Counted from the first letter of the stretch, positions 29,601-40,428 are shown. The stretch is 64,000 nucleotides of DNA from Bacillota bacterium (GCA_024635925.1 JAGXHY010000025.1:27940-91939), one strand, 5' to 3'. Program-made: numbers and translations. The notes: generated by a model from the letters alone, not told the origin.

Positions 29601-29726
29601 CAAGGTGCTTTGTTCAGGAACTAAAAAATAGCATATCTCCTTTGAGTCAATATGCTTTTTTATTATATCTGTCATATATTGGCTTTTCCCACTTTTTCTG
29701 TTACCTAGAACAAATTCAACCTTCAT
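26586..29726 (-). CDS. addB: ATP-dependent helicase/nuclease subunit B (AddB)
   Basis: N-terminal GNRKSGKS P-loop followed by LVPEQ.T, a C-terminal nuclease motif (ITDYK) and Fe-S cysteines (CPYSF ... CKYCKYLMIC). Confidence 0.92.
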   Translation of the reverse strand: MKVEFVLGNRKSGKSQYMTDIIKKHIDSKEICYFLVPEQSTLETENKLISRLNCKGLLDVQVISFKKLGNLLLKNTDFRTKTFLKEQGQLLILNKIINELDSELKYFKKAKSSTLEEINKVVINLRDIDLKKFQNYKNIEKEVLRLKLHDFDIIINKYQEYLNTGYVDEIDFNNKLLESIRKSFNIKNSHFFIDDFYTFSNQQLKIIKELMLSTKTLTIALNIDVKNSEFNQLSQDVYKNLYKFTQEKNINTKNTIMDKQFFASKELEYLENVFSHNKMLKYPNKINNLILKKFTNIDEEVNNLFKSIIKQVDLGYDYRDIKIVCNNLEDYRNYFKLYRKIYEVPLFINEKISIHNHPISRVIISIIHLLDEMRTEDLLTLLKTGYLDFNNTEIENLEKYVKENGINYNKWVKEFYDHKEIEKTRKKLIDLVRYFRKTVTGSTVKEKIISIYDILSKLKIYEKLFEKIEFYKENKKYNNVYIYTQFWNNLLEILDQMVSFLGDKNINNYELQLLLKNSLERESISILPINNNEIMVINSQDAFKESSKVVFIVGANDGYLPEKISHEPLFPLDETQVLEKLFNWEKDDLSKQLNRNMELYFTLSMSSEKLIISYSLNDSKGEGIKPAYIIKSIKKIFNISYISEPNIAHDSYFYSKNISLLNFIKINKNIEIDISKEQFNNIFYYFGDFLDKLYQFNKYEKVEGEIDKNIVKEILFLDKEPLFTISKLEEYGKCPYSFFIKYGLKPIEEKEYELKTMDIGNIYHHVLEEIGKNNWYLGKDINISEIINDHFYKEFLENNFLKFDSYQFKYRLNKIKEEGLKIVTTLQNDIINSMFIPSFYEVEFGQEKTFPEYRLYLNSNESIYLEGKVDRVDILKSIDKEFVRITDYKLKGKKIDYRKVRDGIEFQLFVYLNALSSSKYQPAGVLYNRLIEDFKNSNRLTGLVVKDEKQEILMTEDFKDNSIINPQEYDLIKQFTETKIKEHAKNILGGNFKVAPFYYKSDEKGCKYCKYLMICKNKNKNRFLINKKIDKNDFIEELREKYAKLD

Positions 29727-29735
29727 AAAAATCCT

Positions 29736-30863
29736 TTAACTTAAAACAATTTTGATCTGTCTTACAAAATCATCATAATCTCTATATAATATTATACCTT
29801 TTCTATTTATGTAATTTTCTAACCATTTATTATTAGAGTCAATTTTATTTGGATAAGGCATAAATATAACTCTACCTTGTTTCAAAGAATATTCTATTTG
29901 CTTATAGTTTCCTTCTTGATATTTTTTATCAACTATTACTGTAAATTGAGAAATTCCACTTAAAGTTATTGCTCTAATTGGAAACTGCCATCTTTTACCA
30001 GGAGAAGAAGGGCAGTATTGTGATATAACTAATCCATCTCTTGATAAGTCTTTTTGTAATTGTTCATTTTCTTTTGGGTAAGCTTTATTTAACGATGTTC
30101 CAATAACACCAATTGATGGCAATCTATTATTGACAACTGTATCAAGTACAACTGTATCAATTCCTTTTGCTAAACCAGAAGCTATTACAAATCCTTTTTC
30201 TGCTAAAAATTTTGTTATTTTATATGCTAAATCTTGCTCTTCAAATATTGGTGCTTTTGCACCTATAATTGAAACGATAGGTTTATTAGATAACTCTCTA
30301 TGACCTCTTAGAAACAAAAATGGAGGAGGTCCTGGTATTCTTTTTAATTCAAAGGGATAATACTCATCATTCTCCCCTATAACATGATCAGTCGCTAATA
30401 ATTTTTCAAATCCTCTCAAAACACTTTCATACCTAGCAATGAATGCCTCGTTAGTTACACCAAAGTAGCTCGTTACGATATCCATTTTATAAAATATCGG
30501 CTTAGAAAAGTCAATTTTATCCCTTAATTCTTTATAGGTCTCTGCTGCTTTTTTATAAGCATAATTAAAATAACTTTGTATCGTGAAATAATTTATTGCT
30601 TCTTGTATTGAATCCTTATTATTCTTTAATAATTCTGCATTTCTTGGCACTAATATTTCTTTTCCAATACTGCTACCACTATATCGTCGATCTTCTAAAT
30701 CTCTTTTTAAAAACAGTGTTCCTGAGGGGTTCATTTTTATAGGTATAATATCACCTTTATGTACTAATTTATTTAGCCTTTGCACACTAATTCCTAGGAA
30801 TTCTGCAGCTTCTTTTGCAAACATTATTTCTTCGGCAATAATACTTTTTAATTTATCATCCAT
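29736..30863 (-). CDS. divergent DprA/Smf-like protein with an N-terminal excisionase/MerR-type HTH
   Basis: C-terminal half: YPFELKRIPGPPPFLFLRG, VSIIGAKAP, ASGLAKGIDTVV, IGVIGTSLNKAYPKEN and FPIRAITLSGIS, which are DprA Rossmann signatures in canonical order. N-terminus: AAEFLGISVQRLNKLVHKGDIIPIK. The start is trimmed to ATG at 30863, with AGGGAG 6 nt upstream. Confidence 0.7.
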   Translation of the reverse strand: MDDKLKSIIAEEIMFAKEAAEFLGISVQRLNKLVHKGDIIPIKMNPSGTLFLKRDLEDRRYSGSSIGKEILVPRNAELLKNNKDSIQEAINYFTIQSYFNYAYKKAAETYKELRDKIDFSKPIFYKMDIVTSYFGVTNEAFIARYESVLRGFEKLLATDHVIGENDEYYPFELKRIPGPPPFLFLRGHRELSNKPIVSIIGAKAPIFEEQDLAYKITKFLAEKGFVIASGLAKGIDTVVLDTVVNNRLPSIGVIGTSLNKAYPKENEQLQKDLSRDGLVISQYCPSSPGKRWQFPIRAITLSGISQFTVIVDKKYQEGNYKQIEYSLKQGRVIFMPYPNKIDSNNKWLENYINRKGIILYRDYDDFVRQIKIVLS

Positions 30864-30891
30864 TACATTCTCCCTAAATACATTTAACACT

Positions 30892-30920
30892 ATTTTATAT
30901 CAATGGTTTAAAAAGTTCAA
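30892..30920 (-). promoter_or_regulatory. putative promoter of the DprA-like/addBA unit
   Basis: Minus strand TTGAAC (30920-30915), 17 nt, then TAAAAT (30897-30892), located between the smpB stop and the DprA-like start. Confidence 0.45.
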
Positions 30921-30928
30921 CAGCTAGA

Positions 30929-31387
30929 CTATTTATTAGATCTAATGTCTTTTAAAGACCTTTCAATATGTCTTTGAGCTTCTTTTTTTGCTAAAGCATC
31001 TCTTTTATCATATAATTTTTTCCCTTTAACTAAAGCTATTTGAACTTTAACTTTACCATTATCTTTTATATAAAAAGATATTGGTACAAGTGTTAATCCT
31101 TCTTCTTTAATTTTACCAATCAAGCGCATAATTTCTTTCTTATGCATCAATAATTTTCTACTTCTTAAAGGATCATGATTATTAATATTGCCTTCTTCAA
31201 AAGGACTAATATGAACTCCATCAAGGAAAAGCTCACCATTTCTTATATTTCCATAACTATCTTTAAGGTTAAGTCTTCTTTTCCTAAGTGATTTCATTTC
31301 AGTACCTGTTAATACAATTCCTGCTTCAAATTTTTCGATTATAAAATAATCATGATATGCTTTTCTATTTTCTGCAAGTTTAATCAA
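30929..31387 (-). CDS. smpB: SsrA-binding protein SmpB
   Basis: [27 protein letters not shown] motif. TTG at 31387 with GAGGAAGGTG 6 nt upstream is preferred over the GTG at 31396 given in the ORF track. Confidence 0.93.
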   Translation of the reverse strand: MIKLAENRKAYHDYFIIEKFEAGIVLTGTEMKSLRKRRLNLKDSYGNIRNGELFLDGVHISPFEEGNINNHDPLRSRKLLMHKKEIMRLIGKIKEEGLTLVPISFYIKDNGKVKVQIALVKGKKLYDKRDALAKKEAQRHIERSLKDIRSNK

Positions 31388-33506
31388 CTGAATCACCTTC
31401 CTCTAGATTAAAATCTAAACGTCCTAGTAAAATATCAGCTTTAACGAGCTTCACTTTTAATTTATCACCAATTCTAAATCTAACTTTATTTCCTCCATCT
31501 CTTACCAACATTTCTTTTTCAAAAAATGTTTGGTAACCTTTTAAAGAATTAAAAGGAAGGAAACCTTCTGTCAGATTTTCTAATTCAATGAAAAGACCAC
31601 TATTTATCATGCCTGAAATCTTACCATTAAAAGTGTCCCCTACAAATGATTTCATAAATTCCACACTTTTAATTTTATTGACTTCTCTTTCTGAACTCTC
31701 TGCAATTATTTCTTTTTCACTAGATTGTACAGCTGATTGATAAGCTTTTAAGTTAATTTTTGTTTTCTCATTCTCTCCAGGTAAGTTTTCTTTCATATAT
31801 CTTTTTAAAAGCCTATGAACTTCAAGATCGGGATATCGTCTTATAGGAGAGGTGAAATGACAATAATAAATAACAGAAAGACCAAAATGTCCTAAAGGTT
31901 TAACATCGTACCTTGCATGGCTCATTGATCTTAATAATAAATTCATCATCATATCTTTCATTGGATGTTCATCAAGTTTTTCAATTATTTCTTGATATTG
32001 TTTCGAATGAATTTTACCATTACTATCTAACTTTAATTTGAAACCATATGGTTCAGCGACGGTATTAAAATTATTAATACCTTCAAAAGGAGGTTCTTCA
32101 TGGACTCTATAAATACATGGTGCTGTTAACCAGAAAAGATGTTCTGCAACTGTTTCATTAGCTAACAACATAAACTCTTCAATGATTGATTCAGCCTGAT
32201 TCCTAATTCGCTTAGATAAATCCACTGCCTTCCCTTTTTTATCAACAACTATTTTCAATTCAGGAAAATCAAAAAAAATTGCGCCTCTACTAGCTCTTTT
32301 TTTAGTTAAAATTTCTGATAATTCTGCCATTAAATCAAATAAAGGATATAGTTCTTCGAATTCCTCTAGCTGGGTAACATCATTATTATTAATGTTTCTT
32401 CTAAGGATATCTGTCACTTGTGTATATGTCATTCTTCTATTTACTTTAATTACAGAAGGAAATATCTCATAGTTTATTACTTTCCCTTTATTATCTACAT
32501 TCATCATAGCTGTCATAGCAAGTCTGTCTTTATTTTGCTGTAAACTACAGATACCATTAGATAATTCAACTGGTAACATAGGTAATACCCGATCTGGAAA
32601 GTATACACTTGTTGCACGATTAAAGGCTTCTTTATCAATAGTGTCTTTCACACCAACATAATGACTTACATCTGCTATATGAACGCCTAATGTATAGCCA
32701 TTTGTATTTTTCTTAATAGATACAGCATCATCAAAATCTTTAGCATCAGCTCCATCAATTGTTACCATTAGTAAATCTCTTAAATCTCTTCTAGATTCAC
32801 TTTCTTTTTCAGTAACTTCATGTGCAGTTTTTTTTGCAGCCATAGACACTTCTTCTGGAAATTCTTTAGGTAGATTATATTTTATCATTATTTCTTCAAT
32901 AGCCATATCAGCTTCATCTAAATCGCTTGAAAAGCCAATTATATCTACTTTACCAAAATTATTATTATCAGGATAAGTAATAATTTTACAAAAAACCCTA
33001 TCACCTTTTTTTACTTCATATCCTTTAGTTCTATACTTTCCAAATATTTTGTCATCTATTGGAATAATAGTTATTTGTCCTTTATAAAAAATAGCCTCAC
33101 CAATGAAGCTTTTCGTACCTCTATTGATAATTTTTTCAACTTTAGCTTCTTTATTCTTTCCACCCTTATTATCAACTAATCTAGCAAGTACTACATCATT
33201 ATTTTGAGCATCTTTAAGGCTGTTATGCGGTATGAAAAACTCTTCTCTTGTGGCTTTCTCTTGGAAAAAACCAAATCCTTTTTCATTAGTAGTAATTTTG
33301 CCTAACATAAATCCTTTATCTTTAATTGATTTATATCTGCTTTTTTTTGTAGTATATAATAGCCCCAACTCAATTAAAGAATTTAAAATAGTTTCTAAAA
33401 TAGGTTGTTCATCTTTTGTTATATTCCACATATCAACCATCTCTTCAAAATTCAATGGTTGATACGTCTTATCATTAATTTGTTCTAAAACATGTTCTTT
33501 ATCCAT
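31380..33506 (-). CDS. rnr: ribonuclease R
   Basis: 708 aa with cold-shock-like domains, an RNB domain ([19 protein letters not shown]....[16 protein letters not shown]) and a C-terminal S1 domain. Confidence 0.95.
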   Translation of the reverse strand: MDKEHVLEQINDKTYQPLNFEEMVDMWNITKDEQPILETILNSLIELGLLYTTKKSRYKSIKDKGFMLGKITTNEKGFGFFQEKATREEFFIPHNSLKDAQNNDVVLARLVDNKGGKNKEAKVEKIINRGTKSFIGEAIFYKGQITIIPIDDKIFGKYRTKGYEVKKGDRVFCKIITYPDNNNFGKVDIIGFSSDLDEADMAIEEIMIKYNLPKEFPEEVSMAAKKTAHEVTEKESESRRDLRDLLMVTIDGADAKDFDDAVSIKKNTNGYTLGVHIADVSHYVGVKDTIDKEAFNRATSVYFPDRVLPMLPVELSNGICSLQQNKDRLAMTAMMNVDNKGKVINYEIFPSVIKVNRRMTYTQVTDILRRNINNNDVTQLEEFEELYPLFDLMAELSEILTKKRASRGAIFFDFPELKIVVDKKGKAVDLSKRIRNQAESIIEEFMLLANETVAEHLFWLTAPCIYRVHEEPPFEGINNFNTVAEPYGFKLKLDSNGKIHSKQYQEIIEKLDEHPMKDMMMNLLLRSMSHARYDVKPLGHFGLSVIYYCHFTSPIRRYPDLEVHRLLKRYMKENLPGENEKTKINLKAYQSAVQSSEKEIIAESSEREVNKIKSVEFMKSFVGDTFNGKISGMINSGLFIELENLTEGFLPFNSLKGYQTFFEKEMLVRDGGNKVRFRIGDKLKVKLVKADILLGRLDFNLEEGDSVD

Positions 33507-33521
33507 AAGTTCTCCTTTTTT

Positions 33522-33553
33522 AAAAAAAGCTATTGCATGGCAATAGCTTTTTT
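33522..33553 (-). terminator. terminator after secG
   Basis: AAAAAAAGCTATTGC-ATG-GCAATAGCTTTTTT. Confidence 0.8.
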
Positions 33554-33565
33554 ATAGTAACTAAT

Positions 33566-33790
33566 TTAACTGATTATGGCTAATAACAAGGTTAATACTA
33601 TAAATAAAACTGATAAAACAATTGTCATTTTTTTCAATAGTTCTTCGGTCTTATTTTTACCATATCTATTATCTCCTTGTGCTGGAGCTTCACCTTGAAA
33701 GCCATCAGTTTTACTTGGTTGAAGTAATACTATTCCGATTAATAAGATTGAAATTATACCTATTGTTATAGATAAAAATATTTGCATCAT
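33566..33790 (-). CDS. secG: preprotein translocase subunit SecG
   Basis: 74 aa with two TM helices flanking LLQPSK.DG. Conserved position next to eno and rnr. Confidence 0.8.
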   Translation of the reverse strand: MMQIFLSITIGIISILLIGIVLLQPSKTDGFQGEAPAQGDNRYGKNKTEELLKKMTIVLSVLFIVLTLLLAIIS

Positions 33791-33797
33791 GTGCCTC

Positions 33798-35096
<1,299 letters not shown>

Positions 35097-35109
35097 TTAT
35101 TTCCTCCTT

Positions 35110-36633
35110 TTATTTATCTTTTATTATTGAACTACCTGTCATTTCTTCAGGCACTTTTAAATCTAACAATTTTAATATAGTAGGGCTTATATCTCTTAAT
35201 GATAAATTAACATCTTCTCTAACTTCGAAATCCTTATTACTAATAACTATAAAAGGAACTGGATTTGTTGTATGAGCCGTATGTGCTTCTTTAAGTTTTT
35301 TATTATACATATGTTCGCAATTTCCATGATCAGCTGTTACTAATAGAACACCATCTTGTTTTTTGACAGCTTCTTCTATCATTCCCAAGCATTTATCAAC
35401 AGCTTCAACAGCTAATATTGCAGCTTTTAATTTACCTGTATGTCCAACCATATCTCCATTTGCAAAATTAATTATTACAACTTCATGCTTTTGTGCTTCT
35501 AAAACTTCCAACACTTTGTTTGTAACCTCAAAAATGCTCATTTCTGGTTTTTGATCATAAGTCGCTACTTTTGGAGAAGGAACTAGAATTCTATCTTCAT
35601 TTTCGTTTGCTTTCTCAACACCACCATTAAAAAAGAAAGTAACATGTGCATATTTTTCTGTTTCTGCAATTCTTACTTGTTTTATATCTTCTTTGCTTAA
35701 ATATTCTCCAAGAGTATTTTTCAACCTATCTGGAGAAAAAGCAATTGGAACTCCAAGATTTTCTTCATATTCTGTTAAACATACAAAATTAACTTTAATA
35801 TTTTTTCTTGGAAATTCATTAAAATCTTCCTTGACGAAAACCTCTGAAATTTCTCTTGCTCTATCACCTCTAAAGTTGAAAAAAATAATAGAATCTCCAT
35901 CTTCAATACCACTATAATCATCTATTACTGTTGGCAAAACAAATTCATCATTAATATCATTTTTATAGCTTTCATCTACTGCTTTTAAAGCAGTCTTCCC
36001 TTTTATACCATCACTAAAGGCCATTGCTTTATAACCTAGCTCTACTCTATCCCATCTTTTATCTCTATCCATAGCATAATATCTACCTTGTATTGTAGCT
36101 ATTTTACCAAGTTCTAAATGTGACATGTAATTTTCAATAGATTCTATATATTCTTTTGCTGATCTCGGCGGAACATCTCTTCCATCCAATAACGCATGTA
36201 AATAAACTTTATCTAAATCTAAATTCTTAGCCATTTTTAGAAGAGCTTTAATGTGATTTATATGACTATGAACACCGCCATCAGACAACAGACCCATTAA
36301 ATGAAGTGCTTTTTTATTTTTTTTAGCTTTAGTCATGTTTTCGATTAACACTTGATTTTTGAAAAAATTACATGTCTTAATTTCATTATCGATTTTTGTC
36401 AATTCTTGATAAACTACTCTGCCACTCCCTATATTTAAGTGACCAACTTCTGAGTTCCCCATTTGACCTGCTGGTAAACCCACATCTAGTCCTGATGTTA
36501 TCAATTCTGTATTAGGAAATTCCTTTATAATTCTTCTATAATTAGGAATATTAGCTAACTTTATAGAATTATATTCTTTTGAGCTTTCTATACCCCATCC
36601 ATCCAGTATTAATAGTACAACTGGTTTTATCAT
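35110..36633 (-). CDS. gpmI: 2,3-bisphosphoglycerate-independent phosphoglycerate mutase
   Basis: KPVVLLILDGWG, NSEVGHLN.G.GR and ADHGN motifs. The start is trimmed to ATG at 36633, with AAGGAG 6 nt upstream. Confidence 0.96.
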   Translation of the reverse strand: MIKPVVLLILDGWGIESSKEYNSIKLANIPNYRRIIKEFPNTELITSGLDVGLPAGQMGNSEVGHLNIGSGRVVYQELTKIDNEIKTCNFFKNQVLIENMTKAKKNKKALHLMGLLSDGGVHSHINHIKALLKMAKNLDLDKVYLHALLDGRDVPPRSAKEYIESIENYMSHLELGKIATIQGRYYAMDRDKRWDRVELGYKAMAFSDGIKGKTALKAVDESYKNDINDEFVLPTVIDDYSGIEDGDSIIFFNFRGDRAREISEVFVKEDFNEFPRKNIKVNFVCLTEYEENLGVPIAFSPDRLKNTLGEYLSKEDIKQVRIAETEKYAHVTFFFNGGVEKANENEDRILVPSPKVATYDQKPEMSIFEVTNKVLEVLEAQKHEVVIINFANGDMVGHTGKLKAAILAVEAVDKCLGMIEEAVKKQDGVLLVTADHGNCEHMYNKKLKEAHTAHTTNPVPFIVISNKDFEVREDVNLSLRDISPTILKLLDLKVPEEMTGSSIIKDK

Positions 36634-36643
36634 TCCTATCTCC

Positions 36644-38575
36644 TTACTTACATTCATTTATTATGTTAATAAATTCATATTTATTCAATGAAGCTCCACC
36701 AACAAGGGCTCCATCAATGTTATCACATTCAATAAAACTTTTTATATTAGTAATATTCACACTACCTCCATAAAGTATTGCAACTTCCTCTCCTGCATAA
36801 TCTAAACTACTGATAGTCTCTCTTATAAATAGACACATTTCATTAGCTTCTTTTGCACTAGCCGTATTACCAGTTCCAATTGCCCATATTGGTTCATAAG
36901 CAATTTTTAGTTTAATAGCTTCTTTTTTTGATATGCTTTTTAGAGCTTTAAAAATTTGATTCTTAACAAATTCCTTCTCTAGTCCTTTTTGTCTAATTTC
37001 TAATGACTCACCGCAACATATAATTGGAGTTATATTCTGCTCTAGAAGTTTTAAGACTTTTCGATTAATAAGTTCATCAGTTTCTCCAAATAGCATTCGT
37101 CTTTCTGAATGACCAACAATACAATACTCAACTATTAAGTCTTTAAGCATATTTACACTAATTTCACCAGTATAAGCACCTGAATCAGCATCACTTACAT
37201 TTTGTGCACCAATAGTTAAATAGCTCCCCATTAGTTTTTTTGAGAATTTATCTAAATGAGTAAAAGGAGGACAAATAACTACTTTTACTTTGTCATCATT
37301 TATCTCTTTTTTTAAGTCGCTTATTATATCAACACCTTCAGATATTGTTGTATTCATTTTCCAATTACCACAAACAAAAGGAACTCTTGATTTATTATCT
37401 AAAACTGCTAGTCCTGGTAAGATTTTACCTTCCATAAATGCTAAAGAAGCTCCACCACCTGTGGATATATGTGTCATTTTATTAGCTAAACCAGCCATAT
37501 CTATAGCAGCGGCAGAATCTCCTCCACCAATTACTGTAATAGCTTCAGAATTAGCTAATGCTTCAGCAACACCAAATGTTCCTTTGGCGAAGGTATTCAT
37601 TTCAAATACACCCATAGGTCCATTCCATATAACTGTTTTAGCTTTCATAACTATTTCTGTTATTTTTTTAACACTCTTGGATCCTATGTCTAAACCCATA
37701 ACATTTGACCCAATATTTCTTTTATCTACAATTTCCCAATTTGCATCATTTGAAAACTTATCTGCAACTACTACATCATCGGGAAGTATTATTTTTACCC
37801 CTTTTTTCTTGCCTAAAGCTAAAATCTCTTTAGCCATGCTGACTTTATCCTCTTCTACTAAAGACTTTCCAGTATTATATCCTAAAGCTTTATAGAAGGT
37901 AAACATCATTGCTCCACCAATTATTAGTGTATCGACTTTGTTTATAAGATTAATTATTGCTCCAATTTTATCATCTACTTTAGATCCTCCTAAAATAGCT
38001 ATAAAAGGTCTCTTAGGGTTTTCCATAACTTCTTCAAGAGTTTCCACTTCTTTTTTCATCAAGAATCCTAACCCTGATGGTAAGTATTTAGCTACTCCCA
38101 TTGTTGAGCTATGTGCTCTATGAGAAGTCCCAAAAGCATCATTAATAAATATATCTCCTAAATCAGCAAGTTCTTTTGAAAATGCATCTTCATTTGCTTC
38201 CTCTTCTTTTCTAAATCTAGTATTTTGTAAAAGAATTACATCGCCAGCATTCATCTTTTCAACTAAAGCTTTTGTCTTTGAACTTACAACCCTATCATCA
38301 TCAGCGAAAATAATTTTTTGACCTAATGTAGCTTCTAAATACTTAGCAACGAATTCTAAAGAATATGCTTTATTTGGCTTTCCTTTTGGTCTGCCAAAAT
38401 GTGACATCAATATAACTTTTGCATCATTATCTAAAAGGTAATGAATTGTTTTTAAAGAAGCCATAATTCTTGCGCTATCAATTATTACTCCATCTTTTAC
38501 AGGAACATTGAAGTCACACCTAACTAAGACTCTCTTATTTTTAACAATAAAATTTTCAATAGATTTTTTTAGCAA
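36644..38575 (-). CDS. pgk/tpiA: phosphoglycerate kinase / triosephosphate isomerase fusion protein
   Basis: Residues 1-395 form a full PGK (RCDFNVP...SHLGRP-like HFGRPKG...STGGGASLAFMEGKILPGLAVLDNK). They are joined in frame to a full TIM (SRVPFVCGNWKMN...VGHSERR...AYEPIWAIGTG). TTG start with GGAGG 8 nt upstream. Confidence 0.9.
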   Translation of the reverse strand: MLKKSIENFIVKNKRVLVRCDFNVPVKDGVIIDSARIMASLKTIHYLLDNDAKVILMSHFGRPKGKPNKAYSLEFVAKYLEATLGQKIIFADDDRVVSSKTKALVEKMNAGDVILLQNTRFRKEEEANEDAFSKELADLGDIFINDAFGTSHRAHSSTMGVAKYLPSGLGFLMKKEVETLEEVMENPKRPFIAILGGSKVDDKIGAIINLINKVDTLIIGGAMMFTFYKALGYNTGKSLVEEDKVSMAKEILALGKKKGVKIILPDDVVVADKFSNDANWEIVDKRNIGSNVMGLDIGSKSVKKITEIVMKAKTVIWNGPMGVFEMNTFAKGTFGVAEALANSEAITVIGGGDSAAAIDMAGLANKMTHISTGGGASLAFMEGKILPGLAVLDNKSRVPFVCGNWKMNTTISEGVDIISDLKKEINDDKVKVVICPPFTHLDKFSKKLMGSYLTIGAQNVSDADSGAYTGEISVNMLKDLIVEYCIVGHSERRMLFGETDELINRKVLKLLEQNITPIICCGESLEIRQKGLEKEFVKNQIFKALKSISKKEAIKLKIAYEPIWAIGTGNTASAKEANEMCLFIRETISSLDYAGEEVAILYGGSVNITNIKSFIECDNIDGALVGGASLNKYEFINIINECK

Positions 38576-38587
38576 TTCAAAGTCCTC

Positions 38588-39595
38588 CTATAGTCCTTTA
38601 GAGTTTATATAAACTGCCAAATCAGTACATCTTGTAGCATAACCTATTTCATTGTCATACCATGCAATTATTTTGGCCATGTTACCTTCTATAACCATTG
38701 TAGATAAACCATCTACACATGAAGATAATTTTAATCCATTATAGTCTCTTGAAACTAACGGTTCATCACTATATCCTAATATACCCTTAAGTTCATTTTC
38801 ACTAGCCTTTTTTAAAACATCGTTAATTTCCTCTTTTGTTACATCTTTACTAAGCTCTACAACTAAATCTACTGCCGAAACATTTGGAGTAGGGACTCTC
38901 ATAGACATTCCATTTAATTTGCCATTTAATTCAGGTAAAACTAAACCAACAGCTTTAGCTGCACCTGTAGAAGTAGGAATCATTGATAAAGCTGCTGCTC
39001 TACCTCTTCTAGGGTCCTTATGGTATTTATCTAGAAGTTGTTGATCGTTTGTATATGCATGAATTGTTGTCATCATACCTTTTACGATTCCAAATTTATC
39101 ATTAATAACTCTTGCGACTGGTGCTAAACAGTTTGTGGTACATGATGCATTAGAAATAATATCATGTTTGTCTTTATCATATTTGCCTTCATTTACACCT
39201 AAAACAATAGTTAAATCTACATTTTTTCCAGTTGAAGAAATAATTACTTTTTTAACTGATCCTCCCAAATGACCTTCGCTAGCTAAACGATCTGTAAACT
39301 TGCCAGTTGATTCTAATACAATATCAACTCCTGCACTATCCCAATCTATATCTTTTGGTTCTCTACCATTTAAAATTTTAACTTTATTTCCATCTATAAT
39401 AAGTTCTCGGTCACCAGTTTCAACTATACCCTCGTATGTACCATGTACAGAATCATATTTAAATAAATGAGCATTTGATGCTTCGTCCCTCAAGCTATTT
39501 ATCGCAACAACTTGAACATCATCTCTTTTCAAAGCATCTCTTAGTACAAGTCTTCCAATTCTTCCGAAACCATTAATTCCTAATTTTAACATCAA
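38588..39595 (-). CDS. gap: type I glyceraldehyde-3-phosphate dehydrogenase
   Basis: INGFGRIGR and the SNASCTTNCLAP active site. The start is TTG at 39595 or ATG at 39592. Confidence 0.97.
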   Translation of the reverse strand: MMLKLGINGFGRIGRLVLRDALKRDDVQVVAINSLRDEASNAHLFKYDSVHGTYEGIVETGDRELIIDGNKVKILNGREPKDIDWDSAGVDIVLESTGKFTDRLASEGHLGGSVKKVIISSTGKNVDLTIVLGVNEGKYDKDKHDIISNASCTTNCLAPVARVINDKFGIVKGMMTTIHAYTNDQQLLDKYHKDPRRGRAAALSMIPTSTGAAKAVGLVLPELNGKLNGMSMRVPTPNVSAVDLVVELSKDVTKEEINDVLKKASENELKGILGYSDEPLVSRDYNGLKLSSCVDGLSTMVIEGNMAKIIAWYDNEIGYATRCTDLAVYINSKGL

Positions 39596-39672
39596 AAAAT
39601 ATCCTCCTTATATTAAAATACTACCTATACATTATACACTAATTTTTTATCTAATTAAATAGAACTCTTAGA

Positions 39673-40428
39673 TTAGATGCGATTTAATTCATACAAAATA
39701 ATACTCGCAGCAACGCTAGCATTTAGAGATTCCATCTCTTTCTTAATTTCTATTGTGACAAAGTCATCAGCTAAATCTATAAATTCTTGAGTTAATCCCA
39801 AATTCTCATTACCAACACCTACTATAACCCTTTCAGAAAAAGTATAATCCATAATATTATTGCCACCTAGTGAAGCCCCAATTATGTTATAACCATGCTT
39901 CTTAAATAATTTTAACTCTTCTGTTTTAAGGTTAATAATAGGAATAGCAAAAACGCCTCCTAAAGTACTTCTTAAAACTTTATCATTATATATGTCTACA
40001 GTACCTGGCCCTATTATAATCCCACCTAAGCCAAAAGCTGCAGCAGATCTAATAATTGTGCCTAGATTACCAGGATCTTGTATTCCATCTAAAAAAAGTA
40101 ACTTATCTTTGTTAAGAAAATTATTCAGCTTAACTTGAAAAAACTTATATACACCTATAATGCCTTGACTGTTTTCAGTAGTTGAAATTTTAGAAAATAT
40201 TTTTTCAGAAACTACAACAACTAAATGTTGATAATTTGATAAGAATTCTGGTATTGTAATACCTTCTCTTATAATTATTATTTCTGGTTCTGTATGATAT
40301 ATTAGAGCTTCTTCTATACTCCTTTTACTTTCAAGCAAAAACTTACCCGCTTTATGTCTTTGTTTTTTACTCTGTAAAGATATTAATTCTTTTACCAGTT
40401 TGTTTTCTATTGATGATATTATATCCAT
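39673..40428 (-). CDS. TrmH/SpoU family RNA 2'-O-methyltransferase
   Basis: SPOUT motifs (DGIQDPGNLGTIIRSA, IGVGNE..GL, SLNASVAASI). Confidence 0.85.
   Translation of the reverse strand: MDIISSIENKLVKELISLQSKKQRHKAGKFLLESKRSIEEALIYHTEPEIIIIREGITIPEFLSNYQHLVVVVSEKIFSKISTTENSQGIIGVYKFFQVKLNNFLNKDKLLFLDGIQDPGNLGTIIRSAAAFGLGGIIIGPGTVDIYNDKVLRSTLGGVFAIPIINLKTEELKLFKKHGYNIIGASLGGNNIMDYTFSERVIVGVGNENLGLTQEFIDLADDFVTIEIKKEMESLNASVAASIILYELNRI

Noticed and set aside
30864-30928. Expected tmRNA gene (ssrA) downstream of smpB, with a possible integration hotspot.
   Set aside because: Only 65 nt separate smpB from the next gene. No GC-rich tRNA-like or tmRNA-like segment exists here or elsewhere in the window, so ssrA must lie elsewhere. 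No integrase or direct repeats suggest an island.
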